Shown here one piece after another: positions 27,533-37,785 of a stretch of 64,000 bases of DNA; the first letter of the stretch is position 1, and each line of letters starts with the position of its first letter. The stretch is from Actinomycetes bacterium. Lineage in GTDB: Bacteria > Actinomycetota > Actinomycetes > JACCUZ01. Under the pieces are notes generated by a model. That model worked only from the letters and a program-made list of their open reading frames with translations, did no database searches and was not told the DNA's origin. Made by a program: the position numbers and the translations under genes. Location: positions 3,864-67,863 of the forward strand of contig JBBRVW010000025.1 in NCBI GenBank assembly GCA_038246545.1, in the 5' to 3' direction.

Positions 27533-27928
27533 ATGCTCGCCAGCTCGCCCGCCTTCAGCAGCTTCGCCGTCGACGACACCGAGGCCGCCCGCACGTTCTA
27601 CTCCGGCACGCTCGGCCTCACGGTCGAGGACCTCGGCATGGGTGGCCTCGTCGCGATCCACCTCCAGAGCGGGGCACGGGTGATGGTCTACCCCAAGCCG
27701 GACTTCACCCCGGCCACGTACACGGTCCTGAGCTTCCCGGTCGACGACATCGGCGCGGCCGTCGACACTCTCGTCGCCGACGGCGTGACGATGGAGAAGT
27801 ACGAGGGCTTCGACCAGGACGACAAGGGGATCTCGCGCAACCCGGTGGGGCCGCCCATCGCGTGGTTCCGCGACCCGGCCGGCAACATCCTCGCGGTGCT
27901 CGAGCAGCCCGCCGGGACCGACTTCTGA
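27533..27928 (+). CDS. VOC (glyoxalase/bleomycin-resistance/dioxygenase) family protein
   Basis: 131-aa ORF. FAVDDTEAARTFYSGTLGL...FRDPAGNILAVLE. Confidence 0.8.
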   Translation: MLASSPAFSSFAVDDTEAARTFYSGTLGLTVEDLGMGGLVAIHLQSGARVMVYPKPDFTPATYTVLSFPVDDIGAAVDTLVADGVTMEKYEGFDQDDKGISRNPVGPPIAWFRDPAGNILAVLEQPAGTDF

Positions 27929-28020
27929 CGGTTCAGCGCGGACCAGCCGTCGGTGACCCGCGGCGCAGTACGGCAACGACGATCAAGTGAGCGCCTGGAG
28001 GTGGCGGGAGGATCACGGGC

Positions 28021-28941
28021 ATGACGACCGCTGCGGCCGACACCTTCCACCGCTTCGTGGCCGTGCTCGCCGACGCGATGGACGACCACGACGCGGACGG
28101 CGAGGTGCTCGCGTCGCGCCTGCACCTGTCCCGGTTCCACGCCGACCGGCTGATCCGTGCGGCGAGCGGCGAGTCCCCCGCGGCCCTGCGCCGCCGGGTG
28201 CTGCTCGAGCGGGCGGCGTACCGACTGGCGACCACCGACCACGACGTCCTGCGCGTCGCCGTCGAGGCCGGCTACTCGAGCAACGAGGCATTCACCCGCG
28301 CGTTCGGGCGCGCCTTCGGCTCACCGCCGTCGCGATGGCGGGTGCAGCGCGCCTCGTACCGGCTCGACGCACCCAGCCAGGTGCATTTCGTCCCGCCCGG
28401 GACCCTCCGGGTCCCCGCCCCCAGAAAGGTCACCGGCATGGACCTCATGACCCGCATGGTCGAGCACCACGTCTGGCTGGTCGGCGAGCTCGTCGACCAC
28501 TGCGCCCGCCTCACCCTCGAGCAGCTCGATGCTCCCGTGGACCTCTCCGTCGAGGGCATCGACGACAACCCCACCGTCCGGTCGCTGCTCGCCCGGCTGG
28601 TGGGACAGATGGAGATGTGGGACGCGTCCATGCACGACCGGCCGTACGACATCGACGCCGAACGGACCTGGGAGTTGCCGGAGATCCGGTCCCGGCTCGC
28701 GGCGATCGGCACGGTGTTCATCGGGCAGGTCCGCGAGATCGCGGCCGATGACCGGCTCGACGAGACGTTCGTGGACACGACCTGCGAACCGCCGCGGGTC
28801 TTCACGTACGGCGGGATGGTCGCCCACGTGCTCACGTTCGCCGCGCACCGCCGGGTGCTGGTGTGCGGGGCGCTGCACGCTGCGGGCATTCCCGACCTCG
28901 GCGCCGGCGACCCGATGGACTGGGTCGCCCAGCCCGCGTGA
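28021..28941 (+). CDS. AraC-type HTH regulator fused to a DinB/MDMPI-like four-helix domain
   Basis: 306-aa ORF. AraC signature RLIRAASGESPAALRRRVLLERAAYRL...VAVEAGYSSNEAFTRAFGRAFGSPPSRW. The C-terminal half has DinB-like helices (MVEHHVWLVGELVDHCARLT...GGMVAHVLTFAAHRR). Confidence 0.75.
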   Translation: MTTAAADTFHRFVAVLADAMDDHDADGEVLASRLHLSRFHADRLIRAASGESPAALRRRVLLERAAYRLATTDHDVLRVAVEAGYSSNEAFTRAFGRAFGSPPSRWRVQRASYRLDAPSQVHFVPPGTLRVPAPRKVTGMDLMTRMVEHHVWLVGELVDHCARLTLEQLDAPVDLSVEGIDDNPTVRSLLARLVGQMEMWDASMHDRPYDIDAERTWELPEIRSRLAAIGTVFIGQVREIAADDRLDETFVDTTCEPPRVFTYGGMVAHVLTFAAHRRVLVCGALHAAGIPDLGAGDPMDWVAQPA

Positions 28942-29036
28942 CTGTCCGGCCCGCCCCACGTCCCACACCGACCCCGCCGAGTTGATTCGGGCACCGGGGG
29001 CGGCGGCGGGAGCCGGCGGCGGATAGCGTTCAGCGC

Positions 29037-30437
29037 ATGAGCGAGCACTTCGACGTCGTCGTCCTCGGTGCCGGCCCCGGCGGGTACGTCGCCGCCATCC
29101 GCGCCTCGCAGCTGGGCAAGAAGGTCGCGGTCATCGAGGAGAGGTACTGGGGCGGTGTCTGCCTCAACGTCGGGTGCATCCCGTCGAAGGCGCTGCTGCG
29201 CAACGCCGAGCTGTCGCACATCCTGACCCACGAGAAGGACAAGTTCGGCATCACCGGCGACGCGTCGATGGACTTCGCACCGACGCACGCCCGCAGCCGT
29301 CAGGTGTCGGAGTCCATCGTCAAGGGCGTCCACTTCCTGATGAAGAAGAACAAGATCACCAAGATCGACGGCTGGGGCACGTTCACCGGGCCGAAGTCGA
29401 TCGACGTCACGAGCTCGGACGGCACCGTCACCCAGGTGACCGGCGACAGCGTCATCATCGCCGCGGGCGCCACCACCCGGCTGGTCCCCGGCACCTCGTT
29501 GTCCGACCGGGTGGTGACCTACGAGGAGCAGATCCTCACCGACCAGCTCCCGGGATCGATCGTGATCGCCGGCTCCGGCGCGATCGGCGTCGAGTTCGCC
29601 TACATCATGAAGAACTTCGGCGTCGACGTGACGGTCGTGGAGTTCCTCGACCGGATGGTCCCCACCGAGGACGCCGAGATCTCCAAGGAGCTGCTCAAGC
29701 ACTACAAGAAGCTCGGCGTGAACGTGCTGCTGTCGACCAAGGTCGAGAGCATCGACGACAGCGGCGACCAGGTGAAGGTCACCGTCTCCCCCGCGCAGGG
29801 CGGCGACCAGCAGGTGATCGAGACCGACAAGGTGCTGCAGGCGATCGGATTCGCGCCGCGCCTCGACGGGTACGGCCTCGACCGGACCGGGGTCCAGGTG
29901 AGCGACCGCGGCGCGATCGTCGTCGACGCCCGGGGACGCACCAACGTCGACGGCGTCTACGCGATCGGCGACTGCACCGGCAAGCTGATGCTCGCCCACA
30001 CCGCGGAGGCGATGGGAGTCGTGGCCGCCGAGACCATCGCCGGCGCCGAGACCGTCGAGATCGACTTCGACATGATCCCGCGGGCGACGTACTGCCAGCC
30101 GCAGATCGCGTCGTTCGGGTACACCGAGGAGCAGGCGAAGGAGAAGGGGTACGACGTCAAGGTCGCGAAGTTCCCTTTCACCGCCAACGGCAAGGCGAAG
30201 GGTCTCGGCGACGAGGTCGGTTTCGTCAAGGTCGTCGCCGACGCGACGCACAACGAGATCATCGGCGCGCACCTGATCGGACCCGACGTCACCGAGCTGC
30301 TGCCGGTCCTGACCCTGGCCCAGAAGTGGGACCTCACCGCCGACGAGGTCGCCCGCAACGTGTTCGCGCACCCCACGCTGTCCGAGGCTGTCAAGGAGGC
30401 CGTCGAAGGCATCGCCGGGCACATGATCAACTTCTGA
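29037..30437 (+). CDS. lpdA: Dihydrolipoyl dehydrogenase
   Basis: 466-aa [20 protein letters not shown], redox-active [17 protein letters not shown]-terminal HAHPTLSE. Confidence 0.95.
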   Translation: MSEHFDVVVLGAGPGGYVAAIRASQLGKKVAVIEERYWGGVCLNVGCIPSKALLRNAELSHILTHEKDKFGITGDASMDFAPTHARSRQVSESIVKGVHFLMKKNKITKIDGWGTFTGPKSIDVTSSDGTVTQVTGDSVIIAAGATTRLVPGTSLSDRVVTYEEQILTDQLPGSIVIAGSGAIGVEFAYIMKNFGVDVTVVEFLDRMVPTEDAEISKELLKHYKKLGVNVLLSTKVESIDDSGDQVKVTVSPAQGGDQQVIETDKVLQAIGFAPRLDGYGLDRTGVQVSDRGAIVVDARGRTNVDGVYAIGDCTGKLMLAHTAEAMGVVAAETIAGAETVEIDFDMIPRATYCQPQIASFGYTEEQAKEKGYDVKVAKFPFTANGKAKGLGDEVGFVKVVADATHNEIIGAHLIGPDVTELLPVLTLAQKWDLTADEVARNVFAHPTLSEAVKEAVEGIAGHMINF

Positions 30438-30486
30438 GCCGCCTGCCCAGGGGGCGCGAGGTGGTCGGCGATCGGCGGCCGTCGGG

Positions 30487-31245
30487 TCAGGGCAGCGTGT
30501 TGTACGGCGCGAGGAACGACCGCGCCCCCGCGGTGTCCAACCGATAGTCGACGTTGGTCGACCGGCACACCGAGTCGCCGGCGATCGTCGTCGCGGCGAC
30601 CACGTTGCTGGTGCCCAGGAAGTTGGGACCGCCGGAGTCGCCGTAGCAGGTGCCGCTGTCGCCCTTGGCCGGGTTCATCGAGATCCGGAGCCAGGGCTTG
30701 TTGATGGAGTTCAACGTGCCGGTGGCCACGCCACGCACGTCGTCGTAGAGGTACTGGTGCCCGCCGGGGCTGTTGGTCACCTCGTAGGCGCCGTAGCCGA
30801 CCGACGTGAACTTCTGGTTCGACGCGAGCCTGCCCAGCGAGCCGGCCGTGGGCAGCTTCGCCGGCGTGATGTCCGAGACAGCCTTGTCGAGGACGACGAC
30901 GGCGATGTCGTGCGGGTCGCTCGTCGGGCGCGGGTAGGCCGGGTCGCCGTGGAAGGTGCCGGGGTAGGTCTTGTCGCCGACCTTGTACGCCGGGGAGAAG
31001 GTGACCCGGACCCGGCCGGTGCCCCCCTCGTCGCAGTGCGCGGCCGTGAGGAAGACCGTCGGGCTGATCAGGGTGCCGGAGCAGTAGATCCAGGTGCCGT
31101 CGGAGTACGCCTGGTAGGCGAGCAGGCCACCCACGTTGGGGTGCGCGGTGCCGTCGGGGCTGCCGAACGTGATGGCGGCGGCCGGTCCGGCGGTGCCGAG
31201 GGCCAGGGCGGCAAGGACGGTGAGGGCGAGGACCAGACGGCGCAT
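30487..31245 (-). CDS. Secreted trypsin-like (S1 family) serine protease
   Basis: ATG 31245 gives the signal peptide MRRLVLALTVLAALALGTAGPAAA. TAAHC His motif and GDSGGP Ser motif. Confidence 0.9.
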   Translation of the reverse strand: MRRLVLALTVLAALALGTAGPAAAITFGSPDGTAHPNVGGLLAYQAYSDGTWIYCSGTLISPTVFLTAAHCDEGGTGRVRVTFSPAYKVGDKTYPGTFHGDPAYPRPTSDPHDIAVVVLDKAVSDITPAKLPTAGSLGRLASNQKFTSVGYGAYEVTNSPGGHQYLYDDVRGVATGTLNSINKPWLRISMNPAKGDSGTCYGDSGGPNFLGTSNVVAATTIAGDSVCRSTNVDYRLDTAGARSFLAPYNTLP

Positions 31246-31404
31246 GGTGGACGGCTCCGGTGATGTCGACGACGAAACGATCACCGTAGGTCCTGCGGCC
31301 GCACCTGTCACCGGCCGCACGTCCTCCGGCCCAGCGTCCTTACCAGGCGTGATCGTCCGGTGACCACCGCGTCCCGCGACGTTCCCCCTCGTCGCTCGCG
31401 CGGG

Positions 31405-32019
31405 TCAGCCGGCGACGACGGCGCCCGCGGCCTCGGCGACGAGGAGCGCCTGGGTGGTGTCTATCCGCGACCCGTTCCAGGCCAGTCCGTCGAGCACCAC
31501 GCCGGTGAGGTCGGCACCGACCAGGTCGGTCTCGTCCAGCCGGGCGCTGCGCAGCGTGGCCCGGGTGAGGTCGCAGTCGCGAAGCACGCTCCGGCGCAAC
31601 AGCGCCTCCGAGAGGTCGGCCTCCACGAGCTTCACGCCCGACAGGTCGAGCTCGGTGAGGTCGGCGCCGCGCAGCGTCACGTACGACCACACTCCGCCCT
31701 CGACGGTCATCGGCCGTAGCCGGGCCTCGACAAAGGTCGAGCCGAGGAGCTTGCAGCCGCGCAGGGTCGCCGCGAAGAACGACGTCCGTCGGAAGGTGCA
31801 CCCCGCGAACGACGTGCCGTCGTGGGTCGAGGCGTTGAGCTGGCCGCCGAGGAAGCGGCACTCCTCGAACCGTGCACCGCGCGTGGTGACCTCAGTGAGG
31901 TCGGCGTCGACGAACTCGCAGCCGACGAAGACCGCGGCGCCGAGGTCCTCGCCGTACCAGTCGACACCGGCGAACCGCTCGTTCTCCGCGGACCGGACCG
32001 GGTCCCCCGTCCCGCTCAT
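31405..32019 (-). CDS. Pentapeptide-repeat protein
   Basis: Only the last 204 aa of the 1026-aa ORF 31405..34485 look real. They carry tandem A(D/N)LxX repeats (ADLTEVTTRGARFEECRFLGGQLNAS...ADLSEALLRRSVLRDCDLTRATLRSARLDETDLVGADLTG). ATG 32019 overlaps the paaK stop (ATGA). Confidence 0.85.
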   Translation of the reverse strand: MSGTGDPVRSAENERFAGVDWYGEDLGAAVFVGCEFVDADLTEVTTRGARFEECRFLGGQLNASTHDGTSFAGCTFRRTSFFAATLRGCKLLGSTFVEARLRPMTVEGGVWSYVTLRGADLTELDLSGVKLVEADLSEALLRRSVLRDCDLTRATLRSARLDETDLVGADLTGVVLDGLAWNGSRIDTTQALLVAEAAGAVVAG

Positions 32020-33320
32020 GGCGACCGCTCGTCGACGATGCGGCGCATCTTGCCGACCGACCGCTCGATGCCGTCCGGCTCCACCACCTCGACCGCGACC
32101 GACACCCCGATCGAGGCCTTCACCAGGCCGACCAGCGCGCGCCCGGCCTCGGCTGCTGCCGCCGGCGCCGCTGCCGGCCGCCGCTCGACCCGGACCGTCA
32201 TCGAGTCGAGCCGGCCGTCGCGCCGCAGGACGCACTGGAAGTGCGGCGACAGCTCGGGGGTCCGCAGGATCAGCTCCTCGACCTGGGTCGAGAACAGGTT
32301 GACGCCCCGCAGGATGATCATGTCGTCCGAGCGGCCGGTGACCTTCTGCATCCGCCGCATCGGCCTGGCCGTGCCGGGCAGCAGCCGGGTGAGGTCGCGG
32401 GTGCGGTAGCGCACCACGGGCATCGCCTGCTTCGTGAGCGACGTGAACACCAGCTCGCCCACCTCGCCGTCCGGCAGCACCGCACCGCTGACCGGGTCGA
32501 CGACCTCCGGGTAGAAGTGGTCCTCCCACACGTGCAGCCCGTCCTTGGTCTCGACGCACTCCTGGGCGACACCCGGACCCATCACCTCGGACAGGCCGTA
32601 GATGTCGACCGCGTGCATGTCGAGCCGCCCCTCGAGCTCGGCGCGCATGTCGTCGGTCCACGGCTCGGCGCCGAAGATGCCCACCTGCAGCGACGTCGAG
32701 CGGGGGTCGATGCCCTGCCGCTCCATCTCGTCGACGACCGCGAGCATGTACGACGGCGTCACCATCACGACATCCGGCTCGAAGTCGCGGATGAGCATGA
32801 CCTGCCGCTCGGTCATCCCGCCGGACACCGGGATCACGGTGCAGCCCAGCGCCTCCGCCCCGTAGTGCGCGCCGAGGCCGCCGGTGAACAGGCCGTACCC
32901 GTAGGCGACGTGCACCCGGTCGCCCGGGCGGCCACCTGCGGCGCGGATGGAGCGCGCCATCACCGACGACCAGGTGCGGATGTCGTCGGCCGTGTAGCCG
33001 ACGACGGTGGGCCGGCCGGTGGTGCCGGACGACGCGTGGATGCGGGTCACCTGCTCGCGCGGCACGGCGAACATCCCGAACGGGTACTGGGCGCGCAGGT
33101 CCTGCTTGGCCGTGAACGGGAACCTGGCCAGGTCGTCGAGCGACCGGCAGTCGTCCGGGTGCACCGCTGCCGCCTCGAAGGCCGCCCGGTAGTGCGGCAC
33201 GTTGTCGTACGCGTGCCGCAGCGACCACCGCAGCCGCTCCAGCTGCAGCCCGCACAGCTCGTCGACGGACGACCGCTCGACCGGGTCGAGGGTGGACGGA
33301 TCGGGTGTGCGGTCCTGCAC
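32016..33320 (-). CDS. paaK: Phenylacetate-CoA ligase family protein
   Basis: GTG 33320 with GAGGAGG upstream (the longer ATG 33398 would overlap the MFS start). Motifs IHASSGTTGRPTVVGYT, YGLSEVMGPGVA, RYRTRDLT, GRSDDMIILRGVN. Confidence 0.9.
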   Translation of the reverse strand: MQDRTPDPSTLDPVERSSVDELCGLQLERLRWSLRHAYDNVPHYRAAFEAAAVHPDDCRSLDDLARFPFTAKQDLRAQYPFGMFAVPREQVTRIHASSGTTGRPTVVGYTADDIRTWSSVMARSIRAAGGRPGDRVHVAYGYGLFTGGLGAHYGAEALGCTVIPVSGGMTERQVMLIRDFEPDVVMVTPSYMLAVVDEMERQGIDPRSTSLQVGIFGAEPWTDDMRAELEGRLDMHAVDIYGLSEVMGPGVAQECVETKDGLHVWEDHFYPEVVDPVSGAVLPDGEVGELVFTSLTKQAMPVVRYRTRDLTRLLPGTARPMRRMQKVTGRSDDMIILRGVNLFSTQVEELILRTPELSPHFQCVLRRDGRLDSMTVRVERRPAAAPAAAAEAGRALVGLVKASIGVSVAVEVVEPDGIERSVGKMRRIVDERSP

Positions 33321-33396
33321 CAACGCCTCCTCGCCGGGCGCCGTGCCCGGAAGTCCCTGGCACGCGCGGCCCCCTGCTGTCACCCTTGCCGTCGCC

Positions 33397-34716
33397 ATGA
33401 GCAGCCATGACGACCTTCCGACACCCCACCACACGTCCTCCGCGCGCGGAGCCCGCAGGTTCCCCCTGCCCGCGGTCCTGCGCGACGAGCCGCAGTACCG
33501 GCTGCTGTTCTTCGGCCAGGTGCTGTCGATCCTGGGTGACCGCGTCACGATGGTGGTGCTGCCGTTCGCCGTGCTCGCCGTGGGCGGCCACGTCGGCGAC
33601 GTCGCCATCGTGTCGGCGGCGCAGTTCCTGCCGTTCGCGGTCCTGGCGCTGCCTGCGGGCGTGTGGGCGGACCGGCTGGACCGGAAGAAGATCCTCGTCG
33701 CCAGCGACGTCACCCGCTTCGCGTGCCAGCTGCTGGCCGGCGTCCTGCTCGTGACCGACCAGGCGCACGTCGTGCACCTCGCCGCGATCGCCGCGGTGTA
33801 CGGCGCCGCCGACGCCTTCTTCGCCCCGGCCTTCACCGGCCTGCTGCCCGGCACCGTCGCACCGGTGAACCTGCAGCCGGCCAACGCCCTGCGTGGCCTG
33901 AGCTACTCCACGGGGTCGATCGTCGGACCGGTGCTCGGCGGCCTGCTCGTCGCTGGCGTCGGCGAGGGCGGCGCGTTCCTGTTCGACGCGGCCACCTTCG
34001 CGATGTCCATCGCCTGCCTGATCCCGCTCCGGGCCCGCGTGGTCGCCGACGTGCTGCGCGACGAGGACCCCCAGGCCAGCACGGACCATTTCCTCACCAG
34101 CCTCAAGCAGGGCTGGTCGGAGGTCCGCAGCCGCTCGTGGGTCACGGCGTTCCTCGGCGGGATGGCGTCGTACCACGTCGTCGTGCTGCCGGCGATCTTC
34201 GTGCTGGGCCCGGTGCTGGCCGCCCGCGAGCTCGACGGCGCCTCGTCGTGGGCGCTGATCACCGCCGGCTTCGGCCTCGGCTCGGTCCTCGGCGACCTGC
34301 TGCTGCTGCGCTGGAAGCCCCGATTCGCCCTGCGGGTGGCGGCCCTCATGCTGATCGGCGCCTCCTGCCAGGCGGCCTTCATCGGCAGCGGCCTCGGCAC
34401 CTGGGCCATCGCCGGCCTCGAGGTGCTGGCCGGCATCTGCGTCACCGGCACGTTCACGCTGTGGGAGACCTCGCTGCAGGAGCACATCCCGGACCGCGCG
34501 CTCTCACGCGTGTCGAGCTACGACTACCTCACCAGCGCCGGTCTCATCCCGCTGGGCAACCTCACCATCGGTTTCGTCACTGCGGCGATCGGGCTGCACC
34601 ACGCGCTGTACGCGATGACGGTGCTCGGGGTGGCGGCCGCTCTCGCCGTCGCCGCTGTCCCTGCCGTCCGCTCCCTCCCGCGCGCCGAGCCGGAGGTGGC
34701 GGCCACGGCATCCTGA
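33397..34716 (+). CDS. MFS transporter (EntS/MFS_3-like)
   Basis: ATG 33397 lies inside ORF 33202..34716. 12 TM-like segments. FFGQVLSILGDRVTMVVLPFAVL, WADRLDRKKIL. The start is uncertain. Confidence 0.85.
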   Translation: MSSHDDLPTPHHTSSARGARRFPLPAVLRDEPQYRLLFFGQVLSILGDRVTMVVLPFAVLAVGGHVGDVAIVSAAQFLPFAVLALPAGVWADRLDRKKILVASDVTRFACQLLAGVLLVTDQAHVVHLAAIAAVYGAADAFFAPAFTGLLPGTVAPVNLQPANALRGLSYSTGSIVGPVLGGLLVAGVGEGGAFLFDAATFAMSIACLIPLRARVVADVLRDEDPQASTDHFLTSLKQGWSEVRSRSWVTAFLGGMASYHVVVLPAIFVLGPVLAARELDGASSWALITAGFGLGSVLGDLLLLRWKPRFALRVAALMLIGASCQAAFIGSGLGTWAIAGLEVLAGICVTGTFTLWETSLQEHIPDRALSRVSSYDYLTSAGLIPLGNLTIGFVTAAIGLHHALYAMTVLGVAAALAVAAVPAVRSLPRAEPEVAATAS

Positions 34717-34720
34717 TCCG

Positions 34721-35248
34721 TCAGGTGCCGGCCAGCCGGTCGAGCAGCCGGTCGAGGAACGCGACCTGGCCCTTGACCACCAGCTCCCGGGCTGTCGCCA
34801 CGTCGACCCAGGCGAACCGTTCCAGCTCGGGGAACTCCGCGGTCCGCCCGGAGCGCGGCGGCCACTCGATCGTGAAGGTGTTGCTGGCGCAGGCCGCGGC
34901 GTCGAGGTCGCCCTCGACCGCCCAGAGCGTCACCACCTTGCCGCCGGACTGCCGGACGCTGCCGAGCTCGAGCAGGTCGCCGGCCGGCACCGGCTGACCG
35001 GTCTCCTCGACGAACTCACGGTGGGCCGCCACCAGCGGCGCCTCGTCCGGCTCGTGCTCGCCCTTCGGGGCCGACCAGGCGTGCTCCTGCTTGCGGGCCC
35101 AGAACGGGCCGCCGAGGTGCCCGAGCAGCACCTCGACAGCAGCCGCGCCGGTAGCGGCCGATGCTTCCGCCCCGGCCGTCCCGCCGACCCCAGCGGCACC
35201 GGTGCGTCGGAAGACCAGGATCCCTGCGCTGCGCACCCCGGTCGCCAT
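34721..35248 (-). CDS. NUDIX hydrolase
   Basis: ATG 35248 lies inside ORF 34721..35536. Nudix box-like PKGEHEPDEAPLVAAHREFVEETG. Confidence 0.8.
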   Translation of the reverse strand: MATGVRSAGILVFRRTGAAGVGGTAGAEASAATGAAAVEVLLGHLGGPFWARKQEHAWSAPKGEHEPDEAPLVAAHREFVEETGQPVPAGDLLELGSVRQSGGKVVTLWAVEGDLDAAACASNTFTIEWPPRSGRTAEFPELERFAWVDVATARELVVKGQVAFLDRLLDRLAGT

Positions 35249-35330
35249 GTCGACATCCTCCCGGAAGCAACGGGCAGCTCCGGGCGTTGTCCCCATGACA
35301 CCCGCTTCCCCGGCTCCCAGGAGAGACAGC

Positions 35331-35747
35331 ATGGCCACCCTCGAGGCGACCACCACCAACTTCGACTCGCTCGTCGACGCGGACGGCATCACACTCGTCG
35401 ACTTCTGGGCCGAGTGGTGCGGCCCGTGCCGGATGTTCGGCCCGGTCTTCGACGCCGCGTCGCAGCAGCACGACGACATCACCTTCGCCAAGGTCGACAC
35501 AGAGGCCGAGCGTGAGCTCGCCGCCCAGGCATCCATCAGCTCGATCCCGACCCTGATGGCGTTCCGCGACGGGATCCTCGTCTATGCCCAGCCCGGCGCG
35601 CTGCCGGCGCCCGCGCTCGAGCAGCTCATCACCGCCGTGCGCGACCTGGACATGGACGACGTGCGCCGGCAGCTCGCCGCCCAGGACGGCGAGCACCAGC
35701 ACGAGGCCCACCAGGGCCACGGTCACGGCTCCGAGGCCACCGCCTGA
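35331..35747 (+). CDS. trxA: Thioredoxin with a His-rich C-terminal extension
   Basis: ATG 35331 is preceded by GGAGAGA. DFWAEWCGPCRMF active site. Tail QDGEHQHEAHQGHGHGSEATA. Confidence 0.85.
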   Translation: MATLEATTTNFDSLVDADGITLVDFWAEWCGPCRMFGPVFDAASQQHDDITFAKVDTEAERELAAQASISSIPTLMAFRDGILVYAQPGALPAPALEQLITAVRDLDMDDVRRQLAAQDGEHQHEAHQGHGHGSEATA

Positions 35748-35776
35748 CCGGTCTCCACCAGCTCCTCGTCAGCGTC

Positions 35777-35798
35777 GGGCTGCGGTATGCAGCAGCCC
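35777..35798 (+). terminator. Hairpin GGGCTGC-N8-GCAGCCC after the thioredoxin gene
   Basis: 7-bp stem starting 30 nt after the stop. No U-tract. Confidence 0.3.
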
Positions 35799-35860
35799 GA
35801 GGCTGACACCTGTGCGGGGGTGACGGAACCTCCGGGCCACCTCGGTCGTCAGACTGAGAC

Positions 35861-37492
35861 GTGCGCCTGCCCCGCCCGCGCACCCGCCTCCTGGTGGGTG
35901 CCGCCCTGCTCGCCGTGATCGGCGTGGTCCTGCTCACGACCCGGCCCGCCGCCCCGCTCGCGCCGCTGCGCCGGGGCCCGACCGCCGGCGCGGCGCGCGC
36001 CGGCATCAGCCGGATCAAGCACGTCGTCGTGGTGATGCAGGAGAACCGGTCCTTCGACTCGTACTTCGGCACCTTCCCCCGAGCCGAGGGCTTCCCCCGC
36101 GCGCCGGACGGCTCGATCGACGTGTGCCTGCCGAGCCCGATCCGCGGCGGCGGCTGCCTGGCGCCGTACCACGACGTCAGGGACGTCAACGGCGGTGGAC
36201 CGCACGGTCACGCCGATGCCGTCGCCGACATCGCCAACGGAGCGATGGACGGCTTCCTGGCGCGGGCCGAGAAGGCCCGCCTGCACGGCGGCTGCTCGGA
36301 CCCGAACGACCCCGAGTGCCTCAGCGCCTCCGAGCGCGACGTCATGGGCTACCACGACGGGCGCGACATCCCGAACTACTGGGCCTACGCGAAGCAGTTC
36401 GTGCTGCAGGACCACATGTTCCAGCCGAACACGTCGTGGAGCCTGCCGGCCCACCTGTTCACGGTCTCGGAGTGGTCGGCGCGCTGCGGCGACGACGGCC
36501 CCGGCTCGTGCACCAACGAGGTGGGACACCCGGGCGACCCGCCGGACTTCAACACCGCCCGGCACCCGAACGCGCAGCCTCCGACGTACGCCTGGACCGA
36601 CCTCACCTACCTGTTGCACCGGGCGCACGTGTCGTGGCGCTACTACGTCGCGAAGGGTGACGAGCCGGACTGCGCGAACGACACGCTGCTCACCTGCCCG
36701 CGGGTGCCGCAGCGCGCGAGCACCCCCGGCATCTGGAACCCGCTGCCGTACTTCACGACCGTACGGGACGACGGGCAGCTGAAGAACATCGTGTCCGTGC
36801 AGCACTTCCTCACCGCCGCGCAGACAGGGCAGCTGCCGTCGGTCAGCTGGGTCGTGCCGTCCGAGGCGGTCAGCGAGCACCCGCGGTCGCCGGTCAGCGC
36901 CGGGCAGTCGTACGTCACCGGGCTGGTCAACGCGGTGATGTCCGGACCCGACTGGGCGTCGACCGCGATCTTCCTCACCTGGGACGACTGGGGCGGCTTC
37001 TACGACCACGTCACGCCGCCGGTCGTCGACGCCAACGGCTACGGGCTGCGGGTGCCCGGCATCGTCATCAGCCCGTACGCACGGCGCGGGTACGTCGACC
37101 ACCAGACCCTGAGCTTCGACGCCTACGTCAAGTTCATCGAGGACCGCTTCCTGCACGGGCAGCGGTTGGACCCCGCGAACGACGGGCGTCCCGACCCGCG
37201 GCCCGACGTGCGGGAGAACGACCCGCAGCTGGGCGACCTGCTCGCGGACTTCGACTTCGGTCAGCCGCCGCAGCCACCGCTGCTGCTGCCGGTGCACCCG
37301 GTGACCGACCTGGTGGCACCGCCGCCGGACGAGGCGGGCGCGGCCACGGCGACAGCCACCGCCACGGCTCAGCCGGCGGCCACGCCGAGCTGCTCGAGCA
37401 GGCCCTCGACCCGGCGGCGCACCTCGTCGCGGATCGGCCGCACGTCCGCGACGCCCCGCCCGGCCGGGTCGGCCAGCACCCAGTCGAGGTAG
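35861..37492 (+). CDS. Phosphoesterase family protein (phospholipase C / acid phosphatase AcpA type), membrane-anchored or secreted
   Basis: 543-aa ORF. N-terminal [40 protein letters not shown] signature and [11 protein letters not shown]. The last ~40 codons overlap the convergent arsC, so the true C-terminus is unclear. Confidence 0.85.
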   Translation: MRLPRPRTRLLVGAALLAVIGVVLLTTRPAAPLAPLRRGPTAGAARAGISRIKHVVVVMQENRSFDSYFGTFPRAEGFPRAPDGSIDVCLPSPIRGGGCLAPYHDVRDVNGGGPHGHADAVADIANGAMDGFLARAEKARLHGGCSDPNDPECLSASERDVMGYHDGRDIPNYWAYAKQFVLQDHMFQPNTSWSLPAHLFTVSEWSARCGDDGPGSCTNEVGHPGDPPDFNTARHPNAQPPTYAWTDLTYLLHRAHVSWRYYVAKGDEPDCANDTLLTCPRVPQRASTPGIWNPLPYFTTVRDDGQLKNIVSVQHFLTAAQTGQLPSVSWVVPSEAVSEHPRSPVSAGQSYVTGLVNAVMSGPDWASTAIFLTWDDWGGFYDHVTPPVVDANGYGLRVPGIVISPYARRGYVDHQTLSFDAYVKFIEDRFLHGQRLDPANDGRPDPRPDVRENDPQLGDLLADFDFGQPPQPPLLLPVHPVTDLVAPPPDEAGAATATATATAQPAATPSCSSRPSTRRRTSSRIGRTSATPRPAGSASTQSR

Positions 37493-37785
37493 GTCTTGCC
37501 CGGGAAGAACGGGCACTCGTCGCCGCAGCCCATGGTGATGACGTAGTCGCTCTCGCGGACGGCGTCGGTGGTGAGCACCTTCGGGATCTCGGCCGAGAGG
37601 TCGACACCGACCTCGCGCATGGCCTCGACCACGGCCGCGTTCACGGTGTCGGCGGGGGCGGTGCCGGCGGAGCGCACCTCGACGGCGTCACCCGCGAGGT
37701 GGGTGAGGAAGCCGGCCGCCATCTGCGAGCGGCCGGCGTTGTGGACGCAGACGAACAGCACGCTGGGCCTGGGCGAGTTCGTCAT
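37369..37785 (-). CDS. arsC: Arsenate reductase, LMW-PTP type
   Basis: 138 aa from ATG 37785. [18 protein letters not shown] (CX5R-S P-loop). ATGA overlap with the MIP channel gene. Confidence 0.9.
   Translation of the reverse strand: MTNSPRPSVLFVCVHNAGRSQMAAGFLTHLAGDAVEVRSAGTAPADTVNAAVVEAMREVGVDLSAEIPKVLTTDAVRESDYVITMGCGDECPFFPGKTYLDWVLADPAGRGVADVRPIRDEVRRRVEGLLEQLGVAAG

Noticed and set aside
33321-33398. Longer paaK start at ATG 33398
   Set aside because: It overlaps the divergent MFS start and adds 26 non-conserved residues. GTG 33320 has a GAGGAGG SD and gives the usual about 434-aa length.
31405-34485. 1026-aa minus-strand ORF
   Set aside because: Only the last 204 aa (pentapeptide repeats) are protein-like. 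The rest runs out of frame through paaK and antisense through the MFS gene.
37369-37492. 124-nt convergent overlap between the phosphoesterase gene and arsC (and a similar 132-nt overlap at 58844..58975)
   Set aside because: Most likely ORF over-extension in stop-poor GC-rich sequence. The overlapping tails are low-complexity and show no evidence of functional antisense arrangement.
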